Shown here: one piece after another, positions 27,601 to 40,895 of the stretch
Layout of the letters: every line of letters starts with the position of its first letter
Numbering within the stretch: position 1 is the stretch's first letter
Assembly: GCA_964188305.1 (NCBI GenBank)
Contig: OZ076887.1
From: Podarcis bocagei
Lineage: Eukaryota
Reading direction: 5' to 3' (one strand)
Length of the DNA stretch: 64,000 nt
Position numbers and translations under genes: made by a program
Notes under the pieces: generated by a model
Database searches by the model: none
Told to the model about the DNA's origin: nothing
What the model saw: the letters and a program-made list of their open reading frames with translations, nothing else

Positions 27601-28210
27601 TTCGTTTATTGCAAGTGCTAGTGTTCTGGATTAAAAGAATGCCAAATGGGTCTAGGCATTTCAAGAGGAAATAGATATATATGATTTACAGCAGAAAGTT
27701 TGCTGTGGTACCTTAACTTCATAAAATCGGAATAAAAGGGGGAGGGAGTCCACATGAAATCCATTATGTAACAGTATCTTGCTTTAGTCAAGGAAACATG
27801 AACTAAAGCACAATATGCTTTTCATTTCTGTAGAAACAGTGAATACACTTGTTTAGACTGCAAAAGTGAGAAAGATAATGATGTGAAAACACATTTGTTA
27901 CAGTTGCTGAACAAACTAGGTTTGGCACAGTTTTGTGTTATAGTCCCTTCTCAAGTAGTAGTGCACTGAGTAGACAAAAGAAAAGTACTGTAATTGAAGC
28001 ACTTAATGTACCTAAACACATTCTTTCCTTTTTAAGGGTCAGAGCACACATTTAACTGACTAAGGATATTAATCAACACAGTGGCTGGTTTACATTTATC
28101 TCCATTCTGGACAGCACAGTTTTTAGACTGTATGCCCTTTGGGGTAGAATTTCTTGTTTAAATTGTGTATGTAGCCATGTACGCTGATGGCGCTATATAA
28201 ATAAATGTTT

Positions 28211-28240
28211 ACAACAACAACAACAACAACAACAACAACA
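28211..28240. repeat. (ACA)n microsatellite
   Basis: Ten ACA units, possibly the tail of a decayed retroelement. Confidence 0.9.
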
Positions 28241-28617
28241 GTAAGAACTACTTATCACATGGATCACTACCATCACACTGTGAGTTTCTATGCCAGGAGC
28301 AGGGAACCTCTGACAGAAAGCACTCAACATGGCACCCCATTCCAAGCAGCCTGCCCATGTGAAGTGTAACTTTTGGTCCAGCAACAATTAATGTCATGCT
28401 ATGTCTTATTCAACAATGACCATAGAAGGAAAAATAGCTGTACATAGGGTCCTTAAAGGAAAGGGGCAATAATTTAGGAGTGTAAGAGTCCAGTTGGATC
28501 AGATGAGAGAGAGAGAGGTAGTGGGATATATTTTTTTTCTATGCCACAGTGTCACTTTTAGAAAAAAGACAGCTTGTGAATATTATGTTAGAGCTTTATT
28601 AAAAAATATGTATAATA

Positions 28618-31600
28618 AGATGGGCTGCACCTCACAACGGTTGGGAGGAACGTTTTTGCCAAAAATCTCAGAAACCTCATCAGGAGGGCTTTAAACTGAC
28701 TAATGTGGGGGAGGGAGACAGTGCTCCTGAAGGTAGGAGTCTATCAACTGATGAAGATGATCATCCAAATGTCATAGACCAAATGGAGCAAACAGCACAC
28801 AGACCTAGTGGTGGGAGGAAAAAATCCTTAAATAAGAGACACGGGGGAATGATTAATGGACTTCAATGTCTGTACACTAATGCGCAAAGCATGGGAAATA
28901 AACAAGATGAGCTTGAGCTCTTCGTACAGCAAACTAAATATGACATAATAGGCATCACTGAAACCTGGTGGGATAAGTCCCACGATTGGAATGTAATAAT
29001 GGGGGGATACAATCTATTTCAGAGAAACAGACCAGACAAGAAAGGAGGAGGAGTGGCGTTATATGTCAGGGATGTGTATACCTGTGAAGAGATCCAAGAT
29101 TTAGAACCTCAAAGCCAAAGTGAGAGCATTTGGGTCAAAATTAAGGGAGAGAAGAATAACAGAGACCTCATTGTGGGAGTTTACTATAGATCCCCAAGCC
29201 AAACGGAGGACATAGATGATGCCTTCCTGGAACAGATGGCCAAGTATGCAAAAGGAAGGGAGATAGTAGTAATGGGGGACTTCAATTACCCGGACATTTG
29301 TTGGATGTCAAACTCAGCCAAGAGCATAAGGTCAAACAGATTCCTCACTGGCCTTGCAGACAACTTCATTGTTCAGAAAGTGGGAGAAGCAACAAGAGGA
29401 ACAGCCATTTTAGATCTGGTCCTAACCAATGTTGATGAGCTGGTTAGTGGGGTAGAAGTGGAAGGATCATTAGGCGCGAGTGATCATGCTCTTCTGAAGT
29501 TTACTATACAGCGGAAAGGAGCAGCCAAGCATACTAGGACTCAATTTCTTGATTTTAAGAAAGCCGACTTCATAAAACTTAGGGAAGTGCTGGGTGAGAT
29601 CCCATGGACAGTAATACTAAAAGGAAAGGGAGTTCATGATGGCTGGGAGTTTGTTAAGAGGGAGATAGTAAAAGCACAACTTCAGGCAATACCAATGAGA
29701 CGGAAACATGGAAGGTGCCTAAAGAAGCCAGGGTGGCTATCTAAAGAACTTTTAACTGAGTTAAGATTAAAAAAGGATGTGTACAAAAAATGGAAAAGGG
29801 GGGAAACCACCAAAGAGGAATTCAAACAAATAGCCAGCACATGTAGACACAAAGTCAGAAGAGCTAAAGCACAGAATGAACTCAGGCTTGCTAGAGAGGT
29901 TAAAAGCAACAAAAAAGGCTTCTATGGGTATGTTCGTAGCAAAAGGAAGAACAAAGAAACAGTGGGGTCACTCAGAGGAGAAGATGGTGAAATGCAAACA
30001 GGGGACACAGAAAGGGCTGAACTCCTCAATGCCTTCTTTGCCTCAGTCTTCTCCGATAAGGAAAACAATGCCCGACCTGAAGAATTTGGAGCAAATGATT
30101 CAGCAAAGGAAACACAGCCCAGAATAACTAAGGAGATAGTACAAGAATACTTGGCTAGTTTAGATGTATTCAAGTCTCCAGGGCCAGATGAACTGCATCC
30201 AAGAGTATTAAAAGAACTGGCAGATGTGATCTCAGAACCACTGGCAGTCATCTTTGAGAATTCCTGGAGAACAGGCGAAGTCCCGGCAGACTGGAGGAGG
30301 GCAAATGTTGTCCCTATTTTCAAAAAGGGGGAAAGAGAGGACCCAAATAATTACCGCCCAGTCAGTCTGACATCAATACCAGGGAAGATTCTGGAGCAGA
30401 TCATTAAGCAAACAGTCTGTGCGCACCTAGAAAGGAATGCTGTGATCACCAATAGTCAGCATGGATTTCTGAAAAATAAGTCATGTCAGACTAACCTGAT
30501 CTCGTTTTTTGACAGAATTACAAGCCTGGTAGATGAAGGGAATGCAGTGGATGTAGCCTACCTTGATTTCAGCAAGGCATTTGACAAGGTGCCCCATGAT
30601 ATTCTTGTAAAGAAACTGGTAAAATGCGGTCTTGACTATGCTACGACTCAGTGGATTTGTAACTGGCTGACTGACCGAACCCAAAGAGTGCTCATCAATG
30701 GTTCCTCTTCATCCTGGAGAAGAGTGACTAGTGGGGTGCCACAGGGTTCTGTCTTGGGCCCGGTCTTATTCAACATCTTTATCAACGACTTGGATGATGG
30801 ACTCAAGGGCATCCTAATCAAATTTGCAGATGACACCAAACTGGGAGGGGTGGCTAACACCCCAGAGGACAGGATCACACTTCAAAACGACCTTGACAGA
30901 TTAGAGAACTGGGCCAAAACAAACAAGATGAATTTTAACAGGGAGAAATGTAAAGTATTGCACTTGGGCAAAAAAAATGAGAGGCACAAATACAAGATGG
31001 GTGACACCTGGCTTGAGAGCAGTACATGTGAAAAGGATCTAGGAGTCTTGGTTGACCACAAACTTGACATGAGCCAACAGTGTGACGCGGCAGCTAAAAA
31101 AGCCAATGCAATTCTGGGCTGCATCAATAGGAGTATAGCATCTAGATCAAGGGAAGTAATAGTGCCACTGTATTCTGCTCTGGTCAGACCTCACCTGGAG
31201 TACTGTGTCCAGTTCTGGGCACCACAATTCAAGAAGGACACTGACAAACTGGAACGTGTCCAGAGGAGGGCAACCAAAATGGTCAAAGGCCTGGAAACGA
31301 TGCCTTATGAGGAACGGCTAAGGGAGCTGGGCATGTTTAGCCTGGAGAAGAGGAGGTTAAGGGGTGATATGATAGCCATGTTCAAATATATAAAAGGATG
31401 TCACATAGAGGAGGGAGAAAGGTTGTTTTCTGCTGCTCCAGAGAAGCGGACACGGAGCAATGGATCCAAACTACAAGAAAGAAGATTCCACCTAAACATT
31501 AGGAAGAACTTCCTGACAGTAAGAGCTGTTCGACAGTGGAATTTGCTGCCAAGGAGTGTGGTGGAGTCTCCTACTTTGGAGGTCTTTAAGCAGAGGCTTG

Positions 31601-31716
31601 ACAACCATATGTCAGGAGTGCTCTGATGGTGTTTCCTGCTTGGCAGGGGGTTGGACTCGATGGCCCTTGTGGTCTCTTCCAACTCTATGATTCTATGATT
31701 CTATGATTCTATGATT
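28618..31716 (+). mobile_element. CR1 LINE, young, 5'-truncated, antisense in KCNK2 intron 6
   Basis: ORF1 C-terminal remnant [26 protein letters not shown] (28619-28699), intact ORF2, short 3'UTR, and (ATTCTATG)n tail at ~31684-31716. Confidence 0.96.
28705..31626 (+). CDS. CR1 ORF2: APE endonuclease + reverse transcriptase (973 codons, uninterrupted)
   Basis: EN motifs TNAQS, GITETW, GVYYRSP, MGDFN, SDH; RT motifs [30 protein letters not shown]. True start uncertain (GTG 28705; first ATG 28783). Confidence 0.95.
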   Translation: MGEGDSAPEGRSLSTDEDDHPNVIDQMEQTAHRPSGGRKKSLNKRHGGMINGLQCLYTNAQSMGNKQDELELFVQQTKYDIIGITETWWDKSHDWNVIMGGYNLFQRNRPDKKGGGVALYVRDVYTCEEIQDLEPQSQSESIWVKIKGEKNNRDLIVGVYYRSPSQTEDIDDAFLEQMAKYAKGREIVVMGDFNYPDICWMSNSAKSIRSNRFLTGLADNFIVQKVGEATRGTAILDLVLTNVDELVSGVEVEGSLGASDHALLKFTIQRKGAAKHTRTQFLDFKKADFIKLREVLGEIPWTVILKGKGVHDGWEFVKREIVKAQLQAIPMRRKHGRCLKKPGWLSKELLTELRLKKDVYKKWKRGETTKEEFKQIASTCRHKVRRAKAQNELRLAREVKSNKKGFYGYVRSKRKNKETVGSLRGEDGEMQTGDTERAELLNAFFASVFSDKENNARPEEFGANDSAKETQPRITKEIVQEYLASLDVFKSPGPDELHPRVLKELADVISEPLAVIFENSWRTGEVPADWRRANVVPIFKKGEREDPNNYRPVSLTSIPGKILEQIIKQTVCAHLERNAVITNSQHGFLKNKSCQTNLISFFDRITSLVDEGNAVDVAYLDFSKAFDKVPHDILVKKLVKCGLDYATTQWICNWLTDRTQRVLINGSSSSWRRVTSGVPQGSVLGPVLFNIFINDLDDGLKGILIKFADDTKLGGVANTPEDRITLQNDLDRLENWAKTNKMNFNREKCKVLHLGKKNERHKYKMGDTWLESSTCEKDLGVLVDHKLDMSQQCDAAAKKANAILGCINRSIASRSREVIVPLYSALVRPHLEYCVQFWAPQFKKDTDKLERVQRRATKMVKGLETMPYEERLRELGMFSLEKRRLRGDMIAMFKYIKGCHIEEGERLFSAAPEKRTRSNGSKLQERRFHLNIRKNFLTVRAVRQWNLLPRSVVESPTLEVFKQRLDNHMSGVL

Positions 31717-32769
31717 AGAACTCATGCACTACCCAATGAAGTTGGTTGGCAGCATATTTAAGCTGGATGAATGCATAATTAATTTATAGAATTGAATACA
31801 GTTCTGGGGGACAGGTCTGTTGATGGGTATTAGCCTCCAGGCTAATGGAATAAATGGAAATTTGCCTCTGAATGCCAGTTGCTGGGAGGTAAACAATGAG
31901 AGAGGGCTTCCCAGAAGCATCTGCTTGGCCACTGTTGAAACACAATGCTAGAGTAGAGTAGGTATCCAACACGGTTTTGCTCAAGTTCTTTCTTATATCC
32001 ATCTACTTCAGAATCCTTTTCTAAACACTGGCCAAACGGATGTTTCCAGGAACTCCACAACAAGCCATTCATGAAAGCAACACCCCCTTCTTGTTGTTTG
32101 TCCCCAGCATATGTTATTCAGCAATGTTTTTTATTGGTATACAAAATAGCATTTAAAGGGCAAAATATTTAACTTAATGCAAACACGTGCACACAATGTA
32201 GTTTTTGTGACTCACTTGTCTCTCTTTTCTTTCTGCCTTAGTATAGCTTACTACTCATGAGGTGGGGTATGTGGACACCATGCGACCAGCTGAAATCTTG
32301 ATCAATTTCCATTCCAGGATACAAGTACCAAGATACTCTCAAAGCATGATGACACAGATTTGAGAGTAAAAACCTGATAGGGGGCATTGCCAGATTATCA
32401 GAGGCCAGGTTAAGGAATTAAGACAGAAAGAGCAATCTAGAACTGAAAGCAGGTAAGTGATGCAAAAGGAGTAGAATAGCCTAAAAGTGGACTGTATCCA
32501 AAGTAGGACTAAGTTCCATCAGCACAACGATTTACACTTGCACAACCTAACTTTTCCACCTTTCCTCCCTCTTTGCCCCCCAATCTGTTCTAGGTCCACC
32601 ACCACCCCATCCTCTGGAGCAGATTTGAGGAGACAACATTCCATTGCACAAGTATAAATCCTTCCGTTAGTGGATTAAGAGCACCAGATATTGCCCAGTG
32701 TTTCTTCTTAATGATGAGAATGAAATAGTATCCAAATAGCCTCTAAGAATGTCTCATAGGGAATCTAGC

Positions 32770-32990
32770 ACAGGGCCTTCTTGGTAGTGGTGCCCACCCT
32801 GTGGAATGCCCTCCCATCAGATGTTAAGGAGATGAGTAATTATATAACATTTAGGAAACATCAGAAGGCAGCCCTATATAGGGAAGCTTTTTAAGGTTTA
32901 ATGTTTTATTCTGTCTCTATATATGCTGGAAGTTGCCCAGAGTGGCTGAGACAACCCAATCAGATGGGTGGGGTACAAATAATAAATTAT
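32770..32990 (+). mobile_element. L2-type LINE 3' end
   Basis: agggccttcttggtagtggtgcccaccctgtggaatgccctcccatcagatg...gggtacaaataataaatt. Confidence 0.85.
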
Positions 32991-32999
32991 TCTTATTGT

Positions 33000-33365
33000 C
33001 ATCAGAATATAAGGAGAGCGCTGCTGGACTAGACGAAAGGCCTATTTGGCACAGTATCCTGTTTCCTAACATGGCCAACCAGATGTATCCAGAAAGCCTA
33101 AAACTAATATATTCTATTCAGGGGCATGTTACCCGGCCACCATGACTAGGGTCTTACCCTCTCATCAATTTGTCTGGTCCACTTTTAGTGCCACCTAAGT
33201 CAGCACTCATCCCTACATTTTGTGAAAATTAATCCCCTAATTTAACTATGAGCTGTGTGAAGAAGTATTTTTCCTTTTTTTGTATGTTATGACACTCCCA
33301 TTGTTCAGCTTCAATAGATGGTATTATGAGAGGAAGACAAACCTATCTCTGTCCACTTTCTCCAT
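33000..33365 (-). mobile_element. Old CR1-family 3' fragment
   Basis: Degenerate CR1-like ORF2 end and 3'UTR; related 3'UTR pieces at ~31860-31995 and ~57850-58020. Confidence 0.5.
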
Positions 33366-33372
33366 ACATATA

Positions 33373-33631
33373 CAGTGGTACCTCGCAATAAAAATGCCTC
33401 GTAAGACGAAAAACGCGCAAGACGAAAGAGTTTTCCGCTTTTTTAGTCGTTCCGCAAGGCGAATTTCCCTATGGGCTTACTTCGCAAGACGAAACGTCTT
33501 GCGAGTTTGTTTCCTTTTTCTTAAAGCTGCTAAGCCGCTAAGCTGTTAATAGCCACTAAGGCGCTAAGCCGTTAATAGCCGCTAAGCTGCTAATAGCCGC
33601 TAAGCTGCTAAGCCATTAATAGCCGCTAAGC
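33373..33631. mobile_element. Truncated Tc1/mariner-type MITE with internal GCCGCTAA/GCTGCTAA tandem repeats
   Basis: TA followed by cagtggtacctcgc terminus; degenerate 8-10 bp tandem array at 33525-33631; second TIR missing. Confidence 0.65.
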
Positions 33632-33957
33632 CTAGTCCTAGTATCTTGAGACAAAGTGACAGGAACTCAAGCGTTTAACACCCCTGAGCCATATGTCAGA
33701 TCAGGGCCCAGATTCACAGCCTTTCTCCCTAGCAGTTATACTATGCTTTTGTCTACTAGAAAAATATCTTCATATTACTGTGCCATTACAAGCTGGATGC
33801 AAGGTTTTCCTGGAAGTAAATGGATGTGAAATACTGAAGTGCCCTCATACCAGACCTTCCTGATCAGGTAGCACTACTGAACATAGAAGGCATGTAGAGG
33901 ATTGCTGACCCAATATGTCTTCTATAACAAATGATTGGTTGCATTTTGTTTTGGGGA

Positions 33958-34015
<58 letters not shown>

Positions 34016-34395
34016 TATTATGTATACCCCACCCATCTGGCTGGGTTTCCCCAGCCTCTCTGGGTGGTTTCCAGCAGAATATTAAAATACAATGATTCAT
34101 CCAGTATTAAGAGCTTCCCTAAACAGGGCTGCCTTCAGATGTCTTCTAAAAGTCCGATAGTTGTTTATTTCTGATGGGAGGGCATTCCACAGGGTGGGCA
34201 CCACTACTGAGAAGACCCTCTGCCTGGTTCCCTGTAACTTTGCTTCTCGCAGTGAGGGAACTGCCAGAAGGCCCTTGGCACTGGACCTCAGTGTCTGGGC
34301 AGAATGATGGGGGTGGAGACTCTCCTTCAGGTATACTGGGCTGAGGCTGTTTAGGGCTTTAAAGGTCAGCACCAACACTTTGAATTGTGCCCGGA
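33958..34395 (-). mobile_element. L2-type LINE 3' fragment with (AAT)n tail
   Basis: ORF 34097-34378 (FKALNSLSPVYL...LRSS...FSVVVPTLWNALP...FRRHLKAALF) is typical of the L2 ORF2 C-terminus; (AAT)n at 33958-34013. Confidence 0.88.
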
Positions 34396-37063
34396 AAGTA
34401 CAAATGAGCAGATATCCCTAGCAGAAAATATGCTGAATGTGTTTCTCTTTTTGTAAAACATGATTTGTTCATACAATCTATATACTAATAAAATATTTTC
34501 TTATCCAACGCCCAAGAAAACGCAAATGACATTTTAATTAAAATAATTTATAGCCACACTATCACCAACAGATGCACATTATCATGTCAAAAAAAAATAA
34601 TACACCTGCAGTGAAACCAATACATTTGCCTACAAATGACTATCCATGCCTCAAAATGGTAACAGATGAAGACACGTCAGAAGATGGATTAATGGTCCAT
34701 AAATGTGGGCCAATGCTTACATCATAGGAAATACATACTTTCACAAATCGCTAATCTTAATATTTGGTATAACCTTTCAGAAATTTACATGCTGAGAACC
34801 TCAAAGGACCAATAATTCTGGGAATCTACCATGCTGCAGTCACTACAACCATTTTGCATTTCATTGATAAGTGGAAAATATAACTCGCAACTGAACCTTT
34901 GGGTCTTATCACATTCGCTCTGTATTTCTGTCTAACTGTTCTGGTATATGTGCTGCCGAAGTGAGCATGTCTTTCTAACTGTTCGGCTGAAGTATTATCA
35001 CTTGGTTAAAAGTAGAGAGAATTAAAAAAACAACACAGTGCATTGAACAGCTATGTCTTTACTTGCTGACAGCTATTGCTTGATTCAGTTATGCAGTAAC
35101 AAAACACTCCAATTAAAGGAGCAGAAATTGGGGGGGGGGGTATAAAAATCTTTAAGAATTGTCCAGGTATTATAAATTACGGTACATCCTACTGCTGAGT
35201 ACTAATGTTGTCGTCAGCACTCCTAACCATGAACTTGGCTTTTGAATGCTGACGGATTGTAGCCAAAAGGGGACCATTAAACAACCAGAGGCGGTTATCA
35301 GCACATCTGCAGGAACACTGAGATTTGCAGAAGTAAAAAATAAATAATTTTTAAAAGCCTAAGGGGGCAACCCTCTCACAAGCATGGACTGAGCAGGCTT
35401 AGTAGCCATGGAATGTAGAGTAATAATTGGAAAAGAAAAACGGGGGACAGTGAAATAGCTCTCTGGGACCCTAAACAGGGGAACTTCTTTTAGAGGAAAG
35501 GATTCTACATGTCCTGCTGGTTATGTATGAATAGCAAACTCAGGTGGGTGAGTGCTTATTAGTTTGGAAGCGGAAGAGAGCCACACATTTCTACATACCC
35601 AGAGGACTCGTTAAGTGCACAGAAGTACACTGGTTTGTAAATGAAAAACAGAATGTAAATTAAACCCTCACAATGTGCTGACAAGGCGCTGTCAGCTAAC
35701 AGGACATGTAGAACGCTGAGGTTTCAGTTGGAGCATGGAAGAAGATCAGAGGTGAGGTGTGTATGAGAGAGAAAACAGGGTCTCACCTGCTCAAAACATA
35801 AGCTTATAATAAACATCCTGGAGGGGGATATTGTACCTGGGAATGTGTGCCATGAAGTTAAAAGTAAATCACCTCCCTGCATTATACAGGGATGTTTCAA
35901 GAGGAAGGAAAGAAGTTCATTTAATCCATCTCTACATCACTACATAGCTATGAGATGCTCTGGTTCATGCACAGAGAAGGGTGATATTAGGGCTGTGGAA
36001 AGTTTAAAATGTCACCTTTCCCTTCTACCCTCTTGAACCCTTAAGAGGTCTGAATACAAGTATAAGAGCCCTGTATTACTGCTTTTTCAGTGACTGTCTC
36101 TGAGAAGGTTTACTACTTGTGTTGCCACATGGGAATTAATGCCGAAGAACAAATTCTATCAGGGTAGCACTATTTAGTGTGACAGAGGATTTTTACTCAA
36201 CCACTTGCTGCTGTTTCTTGGCCTCCAGTGGGATCAGGGCCCTTGCTCAGGTCATGGCAGGGTAGAAGAGAGAGAACACATTGGTGAGAGGTCACCCTCC
36301 ATAAGGAAATTTGCAGCTTGTGCTGTGGTGTTGTGAAGTGCAGTGCAAAGCTCACACTCAGTGTCACACGCAGGAGAGGAGCCAAGGGGACACTGACGAT
36401 GATCCACACAGGACTAGTAGCAAGAGGATAAAGGAATAGCATGTGAGGCTGCTACTTCCTCTTTTAGGACAATTTTAACTCACACGATAAGGACAACTCT
36501 TATATTGAAAAACAATGAAGATATCAACCTTCCTACTGTTCACCACTAAGGGATATTTTATTTTGTGACTGCTGCTAATGAACTGCTAAGCAGACCTTAC
36601 AGTTTCAAATGAAATGATCTATTTCTTTTCTCTGTTAATATCTTGTATTGAACTTCTGCTACCTTTTTATTTATTAGTGAATTAGTGAACTAACACAATG
36701 ACACCTTACATAGGACAGAATACTGATAACAAAAATAATTATCTGGCCAAATAACTTCTGTAGTTCTGGACTATTTGCATTTCTGAACATGTCTTCACTA
36801 CAAATACAAACAACTACTAATATTGACTTTTATATCTATTTCTTCATTAATGACTATCTGTTTTAGAAGACTGTTTTTTATATGTTTTCCTGCATAACTA
36901 AGAAGAATCATTACAGTAACAGAATAGGAAAATTTCTTTAAACCTAGAATAACTTTTCTTTAAATCAGCAGGATTAGCAAGATTAGTTTGACCAATTTTT
37001 GTGTGTGCTAATGTTAAGTGCTAGTTTTGATTGAACCACTCTGAGACCTGCGGGTATTGGGCG

Positions 37064-39152
37064 GTTGTTGTTGTTTAGTCGTTTATGATAATAATAATAA
37101 ATTATTTATATCCCGCCCTCCCCAGCTGAAGCCGGGCTCACAGCGGCTAACAACAGTAAAATGATACAACATTCTAAAATCATTTCATTATAAAATCAGT
37201 TCAAATCTGACTCTTCGTGACCCCATGGACCAGAGCACACCAGGCACTCCAGTCTTCCACTGCCTCCCGCACTTTGGTCAAACTCATGCTGGTAGCTTCG
37301 AGAACCCTGTCCAACCATCTCATCCTCTGTTGTCCCCTTCTCCCTGTGCCCTCAATCTTTCCCATCATCAGGGTCTTTTCCAGGGAGTCTTCTCTTCTCA
37401 TGAGGTGGCCAAAGTATTGGAGCCTCAGCTTCAGGATCTGTCCTTCCAGTGAGCACTCAGGGCTGATTTCCTTAAGAATGGATAGGTTTGATCTTCTTGC
37501 CGTCCATGGGACTCAAGAGTCTCCTCCAGCACCATAATTCAAAAGCATCAATTCTTCGGCGATCAGCCTTCTTTACGGTCCAGCTCTCACTTCCATACAT
37601 CACTACTGGGAAAACCATAGCTTTAACTATAAGGACCTTTGTCGGCAAGGTGATGTCTCTGCTTTTTAATATGCTGTCTAGGTTTGTCATTGCTTTTCTC
37701 TCAAGAAGTAGGCGTCCTTTAATTTTGTGACTGCTGTCACCATCTGCTGTGATCACGGAGCCCAAGAAAGTAAAATCTCTCATTGCCTCCATTTCTTCCC
37801 TTCTATTTGCCTGGAGGTGATGGGATCAGTGGCCATGATCTCAGGTTTTTTTATGTTGAGCTTCAGACCATATTTTGCACCTTTGTCTTTCACCCTCATT
37901 AAATGGTTCTTTAATTCCTCCTCACTTTCTGCCATCAAGGTTGTGTCATCTGCATATCTGAGGCTGTTGATACTTCTTCCAGCAATCTTAATTTCAGCTT
38001 GGGATTCATCCAGCCCAGCCTTCTGAATGATGAATTCTGCATATAAGTTAAATAAACAGGGACAATATACAGCCTTGTTGTACTCCTTTCCCAATTTTGA
38101 ACCAATCAGTTGTTCCATATCCAGTTGTTCCATATCTAACTGTAGCTTCTTGTCCCACATAGAGATTTCTCAGGAGACAGATGAGGTGACCAGGCCCTCC
38201 TATTTCTTTAAGAACTTGCCATAGTTTGCTGTGGTTGACACAGTCAAATGCTTTTGCGTAGTCAATGAAGTAGAAGTAGATGTTTTTCTGGAACTCTCTA
38301 GCTTTCTCCATAATCCTGTGCCTGTTTGCAATTTGGTCTCTGGTTCCTCTGCTTCTTCTAAATCCAGCTTACACTTCTGGGAGTTCTCGGTCCACATACT
38401 GCTTAAGCCTGCCTTGTAGAATTTCAAGCATAACCTTGCTAGTGTGTGAAATGAGCGCAATTGTGCGGTAGTTGGAGCATTCTTTGGCATTGCCCTTCTT
38501 TGGTATTGGAATGTAGACTGATCTCCAATCCTCTGGCCACTGCTGAGTTTTCCAAACTTGCTGGCATATTGAGTGTAGCACCTTAACAGCATCATCTTTT
38601 AAAATTTTAAATAGTTCAGCTAGAATATCATCACTTCCACTGGCCTTGTTATTAGCAGTGCTTTCTAAGGCCCATTTGACTTCACTCTCCGGGATGTCTG
38701 TCTCAAGGTCAGCAACCACACTACCTGGGGTGTATGAGACATCCATATCTTTCTGGTATAATTCCTCTGTGTATTCTTGCTACCTCTTCTTCTTGATGTC
38801 TTCTGCTTCTGTTAGTTCCTTACCACTTTTCTCCTTTATTATGGTAATCTTTGTACGAAATGTTTCTTTCATTTCTCCAATTTTCTTGAACAGATCTCTG
38901 ATTTTTCCCATTCTATTGTTTTTCTCTTTGCATTGCTCATTTAAGAACGCCCTCTTGTCTCTCCTTGCTATTTTTTTGAAATCTGCATTCAATTTCCTGT
39001 ATCTTACACTATCTCCCTTGCGTTGTGCTTGCCTTCTCTTCCCCGCTATTTGTAAGGCATAGTTGGACAGCCAATTTGCTTTCTTGCATTTCCTTTCCAT
39101 TGGGATGGTTTTTGTTGCTGCCTCCTGTATAATGTTACAAATCTCCATCCAT
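37064..39152 (-). mobile_element. RTE-BovB LINE, ~2 kb, frameshifted; 3' tail interrupted by an L2-type tail (37086-37200)
   Basis: Consecutive BovB peptides in different frames (ECSNYRTIALISH, FIDYAKAFDCV, LRYADDTTL, VKAMVFPVVMYG); tail ttgttgttgtttagtcgttta at 37064-37085. Confidence 0.92.
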
Positions 39153-40755
39153 GGTTCTTATAATTAATTAATTAAGAGAGCACCAACTCCAATATTAAAC
39201 AATTCAGACTTTGTGATTAGCAGAGGAGACCCTGATGGCGGTGATGCCTTCGCAGGGATGATTCTCCCTTTGTGTACAGACTCTCTAGTGACATGCATCT
39301 GTCTCTCTCATTAACCTTCAGGAGGAATTTTTAAATATACCTGTTCACCCAGGCACTTGATGACTGAAAGATCTTGTTTCCAGCAACCTTTAAATTATTA
39401 GGTGTGTGTGTGTGTGTGGTAAAGATGATTGTTATCTTTCAGTTTTCAGAACAGCAATTAAGAAGATTAAGAGAATAAAAAGAAAAATCCAGACTGTTGT
39501 TTTTAAAACCTGAAATATATAGGGATCTTTTTTTCCCTAGGACAAAATGAGAACTTCAATTATTAAACTGTGATATGTTGGAAGCAAATATGAAAGCAGA
39601 GCTGGAAATAGGGAGATTCATTAAATTTATTATTTTTGGAAGAATATCAACATTAAAATTAATATTCTTTATAAAATAACATTTTTGTTGCTGCATACTC
39701 AAATAGCTAAAAGAGAGCTAAAAATGGAAGCATGACAGTGAATTGTGAATGTTTTTTTCTAAAATAATGTGCACCAACAGGGTTGAAGAAGATCGTTCAT
39801 TTCCAGCTAATTATCATGTTGATTGTTTGGGAAGGATTGTAGATTGGTATTTTTAACAAAATAAAAATTTCTGAAATCATTTGGTAAAATGTTTTGTTGG
39901 AAGCTGACAGAAAGTGCTTTTGGAAAATAAAAATAGAAACGTAGTAAAAAGGATTAATAGTGCCCCCTATCCACTGTTTTATGGGAATTTTTTAAAAAAC
40001 TACTTCTGCATTTCAAAATGCCCATTAACTTTTCAGCAATTTTAGCCACAATTTAACAAAAATGGAAATGACACTAACAAATTTGTTGATTGGATTAATA
40101 ATAGCCAGATCAAGTTCTTCAGTCATCCAAGGGGAAAGCTGAGTGATACAAGGCCCGTATTATTCGAACATTGTCAAATAAAATATTTTCTAAACAATTT
40201 GCTAAGAACTCAAGAAAGTGGATTGAGACAGATGTATTCTTTGGAAAAATTAATATTTTTATCAGCCACGTTGTCTCAAATATACCAAACGATAATATAT
40301 AAGGAAGAGGATAAAAGCGGATTACATTCAAAAATGGGGGGGGGGGGGGATAAGGGAGAAAAGATTTTGGAAGCTATGTGGAAAATTTAGATAAATATGC
40401 ACAAATCTGAAACAATGTACACCAGCAGGGATGAATGATAAAAGAAAAATAAATCGCACCAATATCTAATTATGAATCTATTAAACAAAGACTAAAATAG
40501 CTCTAGAAATGTTAAGATGTTAAAATGTGTTTTATTATGTTGCAGCTAGAACAACTTGTTATCAGGTTTGTAGAAATGGAACTGTAGACAACAATATCAA
40601 GCAGTTACTAGAGCAGTTTTTACATTCTTGTAGTAGTATTTTGTAGCACTGTTTGATATTAACTAAATAAAAATTCTTAAACTAGGCTTACAAACTTAAA
40701 CTTTGTAAAAATGGAGAATATTTGAGTCATAATCAGACTGCTTCAAGTTCCTTAC

Positions 40756-40895
40756 CTCTTCCTTGGTCTTTTTGGATATAACTCGTAGCCAATCACCGAT
40801 CATGCTCAGGACAGCAGCAAAATATGCAAGGCCTACAAGGATCCAGAACCATACCATTGGTTTGTAGACATCAGAATATTCAATATCTGACCCCC
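40756..40895 (-). CDS. KCNK2: KCNK2/TREK-1 exon 6 (P2-M4 loop, M4, proximal C-terminus)
   Basis: (G)[46 protein letters not shown]; acceptor tttcAG, donor GAG/GTAAGG; 140 bp, phase 1 in, phase 0 out. Confidence 0.97.

Noticed and set aside
28608-28620. Target-site duplication for the young CR1
   Set aside because: Only a 3-nt 'aga' match at both junctions, too short to distinguish from chance or microhomology.
33525-33631. Short repeat array as a CRISPR-like structure
   Set aside because: Degenerate 8-10 bp tandem units without spacers, inside a eukaryotic MITE.
33845-34174. Poly-Y/L/I ORFs (also poly-VC/HT at ~17000 and ~50740, and YCIVL repeats at ~24534)
   Set aside because: Microsatellite translations.
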